DNA from: an uncultured Nitrososphaerota archaeon
GTDB lineage: Archaea; Thermoproteota; Nitrososphaeria; Nitrososphaerales; CADDZS01
Direction: 5' to 3'
NCBI GenBank assembly: GCA_963799845.1
Contig: CAWCYI010000006.1
Span: forward strand, 1,472,001 to 1,536,000
DNA length: 64,000 bases
Below, in pieces: positions 31,699 to 40,953 of this stretch (position 1 is the stretch's first letter; each line of letters begins with the position of its first letter). The notes beneath the pieces are model-generated. The model saw only the letters and a program-made list of their open reading frames with translations, searched no databases and had not been told where the DNA came from. Made by a program: the position numbers and the translations under genes.

Positions 31699-32511
31699 TC
31701 ACAATGAGCGAAGCTGTATTCGACCTTCAATCGGTGAAGTACCAGGGCAGGATACACAAGAAATGCACTCTCTACGTGAACGACGAGCGAAGCGAAGCCA
31801 AGATTCTGGCGACGAAAAACCGTATCTTTTTCATGAACCGTCAGCTGTACTTTTTGAATCGACCCGTTTCACTGCTGTCGTTTACATACGATGCGTCCAC
31901 TACGGTAGATGTCCAGGGACGGTTACTGACGGTCAACAAGGACATTTTGATGGAAGCAAGCGAGCAGGGTGAATCTACAAGGATCGCTGATCTGATGCTT
32001 CAGCCGAGGAAGGAGGCAGAGGTAAACTCCAGACAGTTACTTCTTCACGGCGAGGAGGCCATTCGAAGCTTTTTAGAAATAAGGGAGGAGGCGCTTGCCT
32101 TTTTATCCAACCTCCAGACTAATCCCAGAAAAACAATGCTGGAGCTTTCCACGCGGCTCGCAGAAGAGCAAGTCAATGATCCGATTGATGCGATGACGAA
32201 GCTGTACTTCGAGAGACTCGCAAAATCCATGGACGATCTCAATTTCAGCTATCTCTGAAGTTGAAACTCAGGTCGGAAAAGATCAGGCCAGCAGGTTGTA
32301 TGCCGTGCTTTATTTCATAGGAAAGCTGCAGGATGTTATTTTCGAAGGAAGAGATCCGAAGAAACTGGAGGTCCTGAAGGACTTTGCGCTCGAGCTTGGA
32401 TTTAATGAAACACTGATTGAAGGGCTCGAAAGAAAGAATGCTGACGACGACTTGCTAAATCTTTTCCGTAACATCCGTCTGATTTACTTGGCCCAGCCAG
32501 TATCGCAGTGA
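31695..32511 (+). CDS. Hypothetical protein, PH-like beta N-terminus plus helical C-terminus; frameshift near 32243
   Basis: GTGA overlap with the upstream gene; the alternate frame SAISEVETQVGKDQASRLY links 31695..32258 to 32296..32511. Confidence 0.65.
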
Positions 32512-32753
32512 CTGCGCAACTGAAGGAATGTCATGGTCTACTAATAACAACAGAACCGGTGTCAGTCAGGAGTAACCCAATCGTGATGCAGCATCAAAGA
32601 TCTTGCGCAAGTCAATCTTCCATTTCGGGATGACCACCAGATAGTCATCTCGCTTGATCAAGTGCCCTCACTCGTCACTTGCACCACCAATCAGATGTTA
32701 GCAGGATAGATTCGTTCCCTCCGAACTTCTTTAACGCTCAGTCTATTTGGTAC

Positions 32754-33098
32754 TCACCAACGAAAGTAATAACCCCTCCCTCGGAGTTCGAAATCCAACT
32801 CCTGTTTCCTTGCTCTGACATGCCTTGCCGCAGTGAGAACATCTGAGTCAGCCCATTGTCTGAGGTCTTCTCTAGTCAGAGGTTTGGGATGGATGACGAG
32901 TTCGAAGGGTGATGATTCGAGGTAATCATCCATTTTCTTTGATCGAGCCTCCTGAGAACCTTCCTGACGTATCCCAACATATTCTTTCAGAGCGGTTCGA
33001 ATGAGAGTAGTTATTTCGGTCCCATCTGCCTTGGCAATAGCAAACGCAGGTCTAGCACAGGTTTGTCCTGCTTCCTGATGTTCACGGGAATGGTCCAC
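32754..33098 (-). CDS. Hypothetical protein, possibly RHH-like (element-borne)
   Basis: AIAKADGTEITTLIRTALKEYV resembles RHH helices; start uncertain. Confidence 0.45.
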   Translation of the reverse strand: MDHSREHQEAGQTCARPAFAIAKADGTEITTLIRTALKEYVGIRQEGSQEARSKKMDDYLESSPFELVIHPKPLTREDLRQWADSDVLTAARHVRARKQELDFELRGRGYYFRW

Positions 33099-33212
33099 CT
33101 AGGTTGAGGACTCATAGACTAGTTCCCTACGTCCTTTCAGCAGTGCATTGGTGCACTGCATGCATGTGTCGTGTATCCAGGAGGATATCCATGAAAACCA
33201 CCTTCGTCACAT

Positions 33213-33710
33213 TCAGTCTTCGTCGACGTTCAAGAATGATTGGTGAGCGAAAGTGTTATCATAATCCTGTACGATGGCAGAATGTTCACTGTAGCTCGCT
33301 ATCCAGCTCGCTCCCTCCTGTAGCAACCTTTCGACTCCAAGATTCGTTATCTTCCACACACCAGCGTCGCATTTCTCACCGATAGGACGGACCTGCCTTT
33401 TGAGAACTAGCTGCTTTCGCGAGTATTTTATTACAGAATCGACAATGTTCTTCCTTGAACGTGAATAGAGTGCAGCAAGGTCTTCTTCGTTAAGGTCAGG
33501 GAACCACCTTGGGCTTCTCACCTCTCGCAACACCAGTTTCGTCTTAATACCACTAGCCTGAAACTTGGACAGAACGTCTAATATTGGCACTTCGGCGCTG
33601 TTTCTCGCTGGCGCCCTTGACGATATGTTCCTTATCTTCGGACATTGCTGCCTACTGTGGAATGGCGTCTCTTTCAGACGTACTGTATGGATCCCATTAG
33701 AATCGTCCAT
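33213..33710 (-). CDS. Mrr N-terminal-like winged-helix protein without nuclease domain
   Basis: VPILDVL...DLAALYS...IKYSRKQLV...GVWKITNLG pattern. Confidence 0.6.
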   Translation of the reverse strand: MDDSNGIHTVRLKETPFHSRQQCPKIRNISSRAPARNSAEVPILDVLSKFQASGIKTKLVLREVRSPRWFPDLNEEDLAALYSRSRKNIVDSVIKYSRKQLVLKRQVRPIGEKCDAGVWKITNLGVERLLQEGASWIASYSEHSAIVQDYDNTFAHQSFLNVDED

Positions 33711-34261
33711 CCTTTAGATTCAGAACAGACGGCTGAAAGAAGGGTGGCATTAGCGTTGTCGTCTGGTTCTTCAGGCAACTGGTCTGCAGCCTGTACAAAG
33801 GTCAGCAATAGCCTGTTTTGCATGACCCTTCAGCTGGTTTCGCTTTGAGACTCTGATTCGTCTTTGTGTTGACTTCGAAAAACATCGCTTGTTAGAACGT
33901 GCCACTTCTCCCAAAACGCAAAAAACGAAACGGAAGTCTGTCGCCATTATGCATGTCGATGCCGATTGACTCGTAGGCGTGCCCGGCTTGGCCCCTGTTT
34001 CATCGCGACGACAGACGTTCATTTCATGCGAAGTAGCACGATCGACTGTTGTTCACAATAACACGCTCAGATCGTGCTTGATCTGGGAATTGAAAATTGG
34101 GTCAAAAATTGCATCCAAACAACACTTTTCTTGCTATTGCAATGACCATGTGGACGAAAACGACGACGATGTGGACGCCCTCGACGCATACAGGTTACGA
34201 AACTGACGAATTGGACGGCAAGCTCTAAAACTTGGACGGAGCTTTCATCTAGTGATATTGC

Positions 34262-35517
34262 GTGCCGATCGTTTTTGATGATAGAGAGCTTCCCTCTTGC
34301 ACGGCTTATTTGACTCTAAGAAGGGACGACGCGGTCTCAACGCTGCACGTAGGGGCAGGTACTATTTCGAGAACGTGGGCAAAGCTCCTGGAGCTAATGG
34401 GACCTGGAATTGAGGATCTTAAGGAACTTTCCTTCCAGCTCAAGGAGGGCAGGGCGACTGTCGGCGAGGCGCTCGCAGGAATCAAGCTGCGTAACTCCTT
34501 GAAGGATAATGGGATCGACGATCCACTGGAAGTCGACACTATCGTAAAAGCCGCCAGCAAAATTACCAAAGACAAGACGACTAATGTCTCGGAATTGATG
34601 GGCTGCGCCAAAAGGATGCTCGAACTCGAAGGGACGAACGGAGTCTCGTATTCAGAACTAGAGAAGTCATTCAATGACTTAGTTACTAAGAAAGAAAAGC
34701 TGGCGGGGGGGTTGTCAAAGAGCTCAATGATCAAGTTCAACAAGCAGAGTCTCGCAAGAAGATAGCGCTTGATGGTGAGAAGACAACGGAGATTCAACTC
34801 AAAGATTACGTTCAGGCACGAGACGGTCTTAGTTCACTCGGAGTTGACGTAGAAAATCTGCCCAAATTGAGAAACATGCTACTCAATGGCGTCGAAGTTG
34901 ACTTTGATCAACATAAGATGATTACTAACATTTCCAAATCCGAATCTCTAATCGAAGTTATGTCTGATCTCGACAAGAAGATTGAGGTGAAAAAGTTAGT
35001 TGATGCTGGACTAGATCATAAAATAAAGGCTTCCAATCGCGAGTTGGAAGTATTGCAAAACGCTATCACGAATTTGGCAGTCGCAATCAAAAAGTCCAAT
35101 GACTACGTGGAGGAGTTTAGAAAAACTACAGATTCGATCAAGGAACTTGCAGAAACGTCTGTCCAGGGTGCAAAAACTCAAATTAAAGACATTGCCGATT
35201 CCGTAAATACAAATCTAAAGATAGTCAATGCTGCTCTTAATGAAGCTAAACCCGTCATTGAGGAATTCTCCAAGGTAATTGAAGAGGCTGACAAGTCTGC
35301 CGCAGAGATGGCAAAAGAGGCTACACTTTGGCCGCTTCTTCAACTTATCAAGGAGGGCAGCGGGTCAGATGTTGAGGTCAAAACCTCAATGATGCTTCTA
35401 TTGAATGGCTTCGAGATGTGGTTGAGAGCGAAGCCGGTAGTGACGTCAGATATATTGGATTATTCCGAAAAGATCAACCAATGGGCAAGAGATCAGGTCC
35501 CGGCAATTGGAAAGTAA
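34262..35517 (+). CDS. HTH + coiled-coil protein, paralog of 54494..56419; frameshift in a G-run near 34705
   Basis: LHVGAGTISR HTH-like segment; shared LPLLQLI..G.G...E.....M......F..WL C-terminal motif. Confidence 0.7.
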
Positions 35518-35601
35518 ATTTCGAGACTTGATTAGAGAGCGCTTTGATCTCTCACCCGAAGTGAAACGGCTTTGATTTAACCTGAGAACAATAACAGAAC
35601 C

Positions 35602-35727
35602 AAAATTCTGCAGTTTCGCAACCGCTCGTACTCTTTTCACTGAAGAGCTCGTTCAAGCTCTGTTCAATTGAATCAGCTTGTTTCACCTTTCTGGAGCTTA
35701 AACAGAGGTCGAATGTAGCTGAACGGA
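35602..35727 (+). repeat. Dispersed palindromic repeat, copy 2
   Basis: AAAATTCTGCAGTTTCGCA...GAAGAGCTCGTTCAAGCTCTGTTCAATTGAATCAGCTTGTTTCACCTTTCTGGAGCTTAAACAGAGGTCGAATGTAGCTGAACGGA. Confidence 0.9.
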
Positions 35728-35764
35728 ACTTGGGCTTCGAATACATTGCTGTATAAGCATGATT

Positions 35765-35940
35765 CAGAGGGAAGCCTCAAGCCGCTGCACGATCTCGGAT
35801 GTCGCGATTTGAAAATATTATTCCTCGAATTGAGCACCTCGATGCCCGCTATCTGTGCGTCTTTGTCGTACCTCGATCCTAACATCTTCATCAAGCCTTG
35901 CCTCCGAACGAGAATTTCGATTTTCTTGACGAGAAAACCT
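35765..35940 (-). pseudogene. DUF2283-like remnant
   Basis: EARLDEDVRI / YDKDAQIAGIEVLNS across a frameshift; boundaries approximate. Confidence 0.55.
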
Positions 35941-35976
35941 TAGTTATGAGCGAGCACGAATTATTCTCCGAAGCGT

Positions 35977-36186
35977 TTGGGTAAGGCCTCTCTCGAGCTG
36001 ATTTACAATGAAGTCAAATCTGTGAGTCAAAGGCTCGACTTCTTGGAGCAGGTTGTGGAAGAGATAGTCCTGAGCGACCTGCCGAGGGCACGCCTTCGAA
36101 AGGGCCAAAAAAAGGAGCTCAGGAGCCGGCTGGCCGAAATGAAACGCAGCGAGCGATTCACACTGGATGAAATGAGACGGGCGTGA
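35977..36186 (+). CDS. Putative antitoxin upstream of a RelE-like remnant
   Basis: 69 aa ending EMKRSERFTLDEM; overlaps a RelE-like N-terminus. Confidence 0.6.
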   Translation: MGKASLELIYNEVKSVSQRLDFLEQVVEEIVLSDLPRARLRKGQKKELRSRLAEMKRSERFTLDEMRRA

Positions 36187-36268
36187 ATACTCTGTATTCT
36201 TGTACAAGAAAGCTCTAAAGTTTCTGGAAGGGCTTCGAAATCAAGAAGGAAAAAAGATAAGAGGTTTT
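36182..36268 (+). pseudogene. RelE/ParE toxin N-terminal fragment
   Basis: EYSVFLYKKALKFLEGLRNQEGKKIR. Confidence 0.6.
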
Positions 36269-36385
36269 TCAGTCGTATCCGAACACTTTTTCATACTCTT
36301 TGTGGGTCAGAAATATGTCCAAGATTCTGACGATACGTGAATCATCCACGTCGATTATTGATACGATAATCTTGATCCCCAATTC
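36269..36385 (-). pseudogene. C-terminal fragment of a RelE/HigB-like toxin
   Basis: IIVSIIDVDDSRIVRILDIFLTHKEYEKVFGYD*. Confidence 0.5.
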
Positions 36386-36495
36386 GAAATCGCGCGCGCT
36401 TGGGTCCTCTCCGCCCTGATATTTGGATTTTAAAGCAGAGCTAGCCGGGAGAAAGGACGAGTTACTTTAAAACTAATGTTGGTGTTGATACTGGC

Positions 36496-36714
36496 ATGAA
36501 AGTAAACGGGCGCAAATATTCTTATGTCGTGACGAAGGCTGAAGACGGCGGATACTTAGCTAAATGCATTGAGCTCCCACAGGTGCATACGGAGGGAGAA
36601 ACTCTTGCCGAGGTGAAGAAGAACATGCGGAATGCGTTATCGCTTGCGGTAGATTATCTCAAAGAGAGAGCGAAGAAAGAGAAAGGAGAAGTAGTGGAGA
36701 TTACCATAAGGTGA
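36496..36714 (+). CDS. hicB: HicB-like antitoxin (UPF0150)
   Basis: AEDGGYLAKCIELPQVHTEGETLAEVKKNMRNALSL. Confidence 0.9.
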   Translation: MKVNGRKYSYVVTKAEDGGYLAKCIELPQVHTEGETLAEVKKNMRNALSLAVDYLKERAKKEKGEVVEITIR

Positions 36715-36926
36715 GCCTAAGAAACCAAGACTGGAGACATGTCGTCAAGGCTCTTGGCAAACTTGGTTTCGTTGCGAAGAGACAGTCCGGGAGTCATATT
36801 ATTCTGGAACACCCCGACGGAAGATGGACTGTTGTTCCCAGACATGATCCTATCAAGATAGCCACTCTCAAGAGCATAATCGAGGATGTTGGAATTTCCA
36901 TCGATAAATTCCTCGATCTAATATAG
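36711..36926 (+). CDS. hicA: HicA (YcfA) mRNase toxin
   Basis: KALGKLGF..RQSGSHIIL...VVPRH...TLKSII; GTGA overlap with hicB. Confidence 0.92.
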   Translation: MSLRNQDWRHVVKALGKLGFVAKRQSGSHIILEHPDGRWTVVPRHDPIKIATLKSIIEDVGISIDKFLDLI

Positions 36927-37009
36927 TTGTTAGGACATAAGATGTCAATTTGCTATAGGTTCTTTTAATACCAGTTTTCATTAATTCACTAAGAAAAAAA
37001 ATTTTTTGG

Positions 37010-37098
37010 CCGAAGAGCTCGTTTCAAGCTCTGTTCAATTGAAACAGCTTGTTTCATCTATCTATAGCTCAAACAGAGCTCGAACGTGGCTGAACGGA
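37010..37098 (+). repeat. Dispersed palindromic repeat, copy 3
   Basis: CCGAAGAGCTCGTTTCAAGCTCTGTTCAATTGAAACAGCTTGTTTCATCTATCTATAGCTCAAACAGAGCTCGAACGTGGCTGAACGGA. Confidence 0.9.
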
Positions 37099-37284
37099 TG
37101 TGCCTGAACAGAGATACTGTTTGATCAGCGGTTTTGATTCGGGAGTTCTCGAAGGCCCTGAGTAAGGCCTCAACACTCCTGTCAAGGGATTATGGCCTCC
37201 CAGTTCTCAGCCCGAAGCTCGTCGAGTATCTGAGAGAGTTTTTCCGAAATCTTGACGTACTTTGAATCAACAGATTTGAAATTC

Positions 37285-37659
37285 TCACTCGTCGAGTCTC
37301 TTTTCTTTCCCCCAGTCTCCAAATACAGATGCCCATGAGCCGAACCCTTCGAGGGCCTCACGTGCAGGTGTTCCTACCACAATTTCAAACCCTTTCAACC
37401 CAGGCCTCACTCTGGCTTTCTTCGACAAGATGCTCTCGACCAATATGGGTTCTGGGGCATTTTTGATTTCGCTTACAAAATTTCCAAGCTTATCTTTAGA
37501 ACCCTGCGCTAAAATTTTCACGGTACCATCTTTCATGTTCTCGACGAAACCGACTATCGAAAATCGTCTAGCAGTTCTTTCGGTAAAACTACGAAACCCG
37601 ACTCGTTGAACAGTTCCATCCACAAGAATTATCGTGGCAGAAACATCATCGCTTGTCAT
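37285..37659 (-). CDS. acyP: Acylphosphatase; a helical C-terminal extension appears broken off downstream (to ~37185)
   Basis: VDGTVQRVGFR and GFVENMKDGTV motifs; out-of-frame continuation NFKSVDSKYVKISEKLSQILDEL. Confidence 0.85.
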   Translation of the reverse strand: MTSDDVSATIILVDGTVQRVGFRSFTERTARRFSIVGFVENMKDGTVKILAQGSKDKLGNFVSEIKNAPEPILVESILSKKARVRPGLKGFEIVVGTPAREALEGFGSWASVFGDWGKEKRLDE

Positions 37660-37662
37660 CCT

Positions 37663-37923
37663 TCAACTCTTCCCTTCTTCCCTATGTTCAATTTCGAGCT
37701 CTTTAACCCCCGAGATCAAAAGATCGGATTTCTCCTTTCCTGCACCCCTCAATTCACGAAGCGTCCTGAGAGGAACCATAAGCAGACCCTGCTCGACTTC
37801 GACGAATTCGACTTTGCTTCCCTGCCAAAGACTGTATTTCTTTCTTATTTTCGAAGGAATCGTTACCATGCTCTTGATGGTAACCGTTACGATTTACCCC
37901 TTTGGTAACCATGCATCTGTCAT
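37663..37923 (-). CDS. AbrB/MazE/SpoVT DNA-binding protein, orphan (in-frame stop at codon 10 if started at 37923)
   Basis: VTVTIKSMVTIPSKIRKKYSLWQGSKVEF. Confidence 0.8.
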
Positions 37924-37956
37924 AGTACTATACATTTAAGCAAGCTGAATTGGTAC

Positions 37957-38987
37957 TAGTCTGTGGCCCAATTCTCTTCGGTGATAATTTGACTCTTTGA
38001 ATCGATTGAATTGCTATTCGCTACACAGAAAGGAACCTGTTGTATAACATGACTTTCAGCGAAGCTTCGGCCTTCTGGGAGATGAATCTCTTAGAACGAA
38101 GAGCCTCTCCAAGCACTCTTTTGAACGAGGAGAAAATGATCTCTACGATCCACCTCTGACCATATTCCTTGAGCCGCTTCCAGCCTTCCAGCCCGAGTTT
38201 CTTTGTGAGTAGGGTTTCTTGTCTGCGAAGGGGAGAGCCTCTTGCAAGCGTCCCGGCATTTTTCCTGACCTTGATTGCTGGCTCTATTCCCATGTCATCC
38301 AGGACGTTGAAATTCTTTCGTGAATCGTACGTGGTGTCGGCATACGCCTTCTTGATTTTCGTTTTCTTCGACACTTCCTTTACGAGCGGAACGAACTTCT
38401 TCGAGTCGCCAGTGTGCTCAGATGTCACTCGAAAGCCCACGATCTTCTTTGTCTTCTTGTCAGCCATAACGTGCAGCTTGACGAATTTTTTCTTCTCCTT
38501 CGTCCACATTGCCTCTATGTAGGACCCTTTGCTAGTTGTTGAAAGCCCCGTTGAATCGACCACCACAGTGATCGGCTCCGCGTCGTCATCACGCGATTGA
38601 ATTATTATTTCCGAAGGCTTCTTTCCCTTCACGAGACGAACCATCCTCCTCCTTATCTGCGTGAAGCAGATGTCTCGTATAAACGAGATATACTCTGAGA
38701 GCGCGTCAACTGCGCCCTCGACCATCCTGTAAGGAATGTCAAATCCGACCTTGAGAAACGAGAGGAACTCGATGTATGAATTCGGGAAATCAAACGGTCT
38801 TCCAACCTTGTTCTTGTTCATCGAGGTGAGCTCTTTCTTCCACGAGCCTGCAAATCCCAGATCAAAGATGATCCTTCCTCGTTCCACCAAAGACTCGTTG
38901 TAATCGTGCCAGCACATTCCCAGAGGCATGCCTTGTAAGATAAGCAGGAAAGCTGAAAGCTTTCCTTCATGATTGGGCTACAAAGTA
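37957..38987 (-). mobile_element. Intact IS5-family insertion sequence (IS903/ISH1-like)
   Basis: Imperfect 16-bp TIRs (37957-37972 and 38972-38987, 13/16 match); 9-bp target duplication AATTGGTAC at 37948-37956 and 38988-38996. Confidence 0.92.
38021..38929 (-). CDS. IS5 family DDE transposase
   Basis: WHDYNESLVERG, VVDSTG, KLH, YADTTYDS and YGQRWIVEIIFSSFKR motifs. Confidence 0.95.
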   Translation of the reverse strand: MPLGMCWHDYNESLVERGRIIFDLGFAGSWKKELTSMNKNKVGRPFDFPNSYIEFLSFLKVGFDIPYRMVEGAVDALSEYISFIRDICFTQIRRRMVRLVKGKKPSEIIIQSRDDDAEPITVVVDSTGLSTTSKGSYIEAMWTKEKKKFVKLHVMADKKTKKIVGFRVTSEHTGDSKKFVPLVKEVSKKTKIKKAYADTTYDSRKNFNVLDDMGIEPAIKVRKNAGTLARGSPLRRQETLLTKKLGLEGWKRLKEYGQRWIVEIIFSSFKRVLGEALRSKRFISQKAEASLKVMLYNRFLSV

Positions 38988-39560
38988 AATTGGTACCAGA
39001 AATTTACATCCTTTTGATCCATGAGAATCGAAAAAGCTCACGCTGGCGCAGGAATGCCTAAAAAGAAAATGAGTTCTGAAGCTACCGAAGGGAAGTATAG
39101 ACTTCCTTGATAGCCTGTTGAAACTCTCGGTCCGTCAGGTTCCCCTTTCGATATTCATCTTGAAGGAGCTGCCCGACTTGTTCTCTTGATTTCGCTTTGA
39201 CCCAAAGGTCGTTCTGCCATTTCTCTATCCGTGAACTTACTGATATTCCATTTCTCAATCCGCCCTTACCTTCTACGATTTGTCTATTTGCGATATTTCG
39301 CTATCCTTGTATAATGGCCGTATGAGCATTTTAGTCTTCTCTATTTAGTTACTTGAGTCACCAATAGTAGAAGCAGACACGAGTACAGGTCAATATCAGA
39401 CGTCCATTTGAGCGTGAAATACACGTAATTTTCACCGATAAAAGAGAAAAAGTGTCTCCGAGAGTGATCGTACCTGATCTTCTTGTCAAACCATTTTGAT
39501 TCGGTCGATTAGATATACGCATCCGATTCTCTCATGCATTCTAAACAAGTGTAATACGTC

Positions 39561-40205
39561 TTGAGTTCAGTCGAAGAAATCACCGGCGAGATGAAGAGAC
39601 TAATCCTGAAGTGCAGGGCGCTTGAAACTAAACTCGAGCAATCTGTGCCGAAGAAAGCCTACCAGGATGCCATCGCAAAATTGCAGGCCAACATCGACAA
39701 GCTGACCGAGGACCTCCAGCGGACTCGCGACGATCTCGGCCGGACAGAGTCTCTCGGCGGCAGGCTGAACAACCTCTCCACCGTCGTTCTCACGCTGAGC
39801 AATCAGATTTCAACTCAAAACGATGTAATCAAGGGTCTGACGGAGAAGTACCAAGTTCCGCAGGACCTTCACAACAAGGCCCTCTCGAAGATCAAAGACC
39901 TCGAGCAGTCGATCTCGAAAAGGGCTGCAGACTCGGAAGCAGCACGAGCGCGCATCGCCGAGCTTGAGACTAGACTTTCAGAATCTGTCCCCAAGGAAAA
40001 ATACACCAAGCTGATGGATCAGATTTCGGGACTGGTCTCATTCACCGGAGAAAACTCTCTTCTTGCAGAACCGCGGGCCGATCAGCACGAAGTTCCGGGA
40101 GACGCTGTTCTCAACAGTTTCCCGGAGGCCCAAATAGGCCAGGAAATCCTGTCGAGCCTGCCCGAAATTCAGGCATCCGAGAAAGTCGAGACCACCGCTG
40201 CTTGA
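39561..40205 (+). CDS. Coiled-coil protein with three VP-kinked repeats
   Basis: LEQSVPKKAY, YQVPQDLH and LSESVPKEKY interrupt heptad helices. Confidence 0.75.
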   Translation: MSSVEEITGEMKRLILKCRALETKLEQSVPKKAYQDAIAKLQANIDKLTEDLQRTRDDLGRTESLGGRLNNLSTVVLTLSNQISTQNDVIKGLTEKYQVPQDLHNKALSKIKDLEQSISKRAADSEAARARIAELETRLSESVPKEKYTKLMDQISGLVSFTGENSLLAEPRADQHEVPGDAVLNSFPEAQIGQEILSSLPEIQASEKVETTAA

Positions 40206-40499
40206 AACCGATACCCAGTATCTAGTCAACAAAGTTCATACGAATAGATCAACTTTCGTTGATCTAGTCACAAAATATTCGTTGGCCTGTAAACACCTTC
40301 ATCAAGAGTAGTATTTCCACTCGAGGTCTTGAATTCTTAATGCGATTCCTCCCTTTGACAGAAAAGAAGGCACTTTCTTCAATTCAGCTGCAAACTTTTG
40401 TCCCTTTATACGGAGAAAAAAAGTTGTACACCCCTTCCAAAAACGTATGATTAAACACCTACCCTGTATCTTACTCAATTGAAAGAGATCTGAATCGAC

Positions 40500-40838
40500 A
40501 TGTCCACACAAACCGTTTTGGGGATTCCGCAACCTACCGCGGTTGCGCTAAGTTCGATCTCGAACTTTGGAAGTTTTGAGATGCTGCTCCACCACCGAAG
40601 GAGACGTGAGGTTCGCTCTCAACAGGTCATCATGGTTGCAATTCTTGAGGCGTGCAGGACACCAACTGTGCAACACTGGATTATGGTAAAGGCACGACTG
40701 GGATACGATACTTTCCGAAAACACATGAACCAACTTGTTTCGCTCGGCATGATGAATACCCTGAGCGACGGCAACAAGACCCTGTACTCGATCAACGACC
40801 GGGGCCTTTCTTTGCTTCAGCAGCTATCTGTAGAGTAG
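40500..40838 (+). CDS. Archaeal winged-HTH transcription regulator (HTH_45-like)
   Basis: RSQQVIMVAILEAC...IMVKARLGYDTFRKHMNQLVSLG...YSINDRG. Confidence 0.85.
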   Translation: MSTQTVLGIPQPTAVALSSISNFGSFEMLLHHRRRREVRSQQVIMVAILEACRTPTVQHWIMVKARLGYDTFRKHMNQLVSLGMMNTLSDGNKTLYSINDRGLSLLQQLSVE

Positions 40839-40953
40839 GAATGCCGCGGGCTGAAGCATGGATTCAGCACACCAATACAGGATCAATTCTCCGATTTATT
40901 CATCCAAAAACCGATCATTTAATACACCGATTTGCCCGTTTTGAAGACGAGAA

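Noticed and set aside
37021-37045. GTTTCAA...ATTGAAAC as a CRISPR array
   Set aside because: No regular repeat-spacer periodicity and no cas genes; conservation extends well beyond the 25-mer
35602-37098. Canonical integron attC array
   Set aside because: No RYYYAAC...GTTRRRY boxes in the correct orientation, no IntI in the window, and genes between the repeats are not single co-oriented cassettes
40245-40266. TAGATCAAC-tttc-GTTGATCTA hairpin
   Set aside because: Single copy just after a stop codon; most simply a terminator or operator, not a novel element
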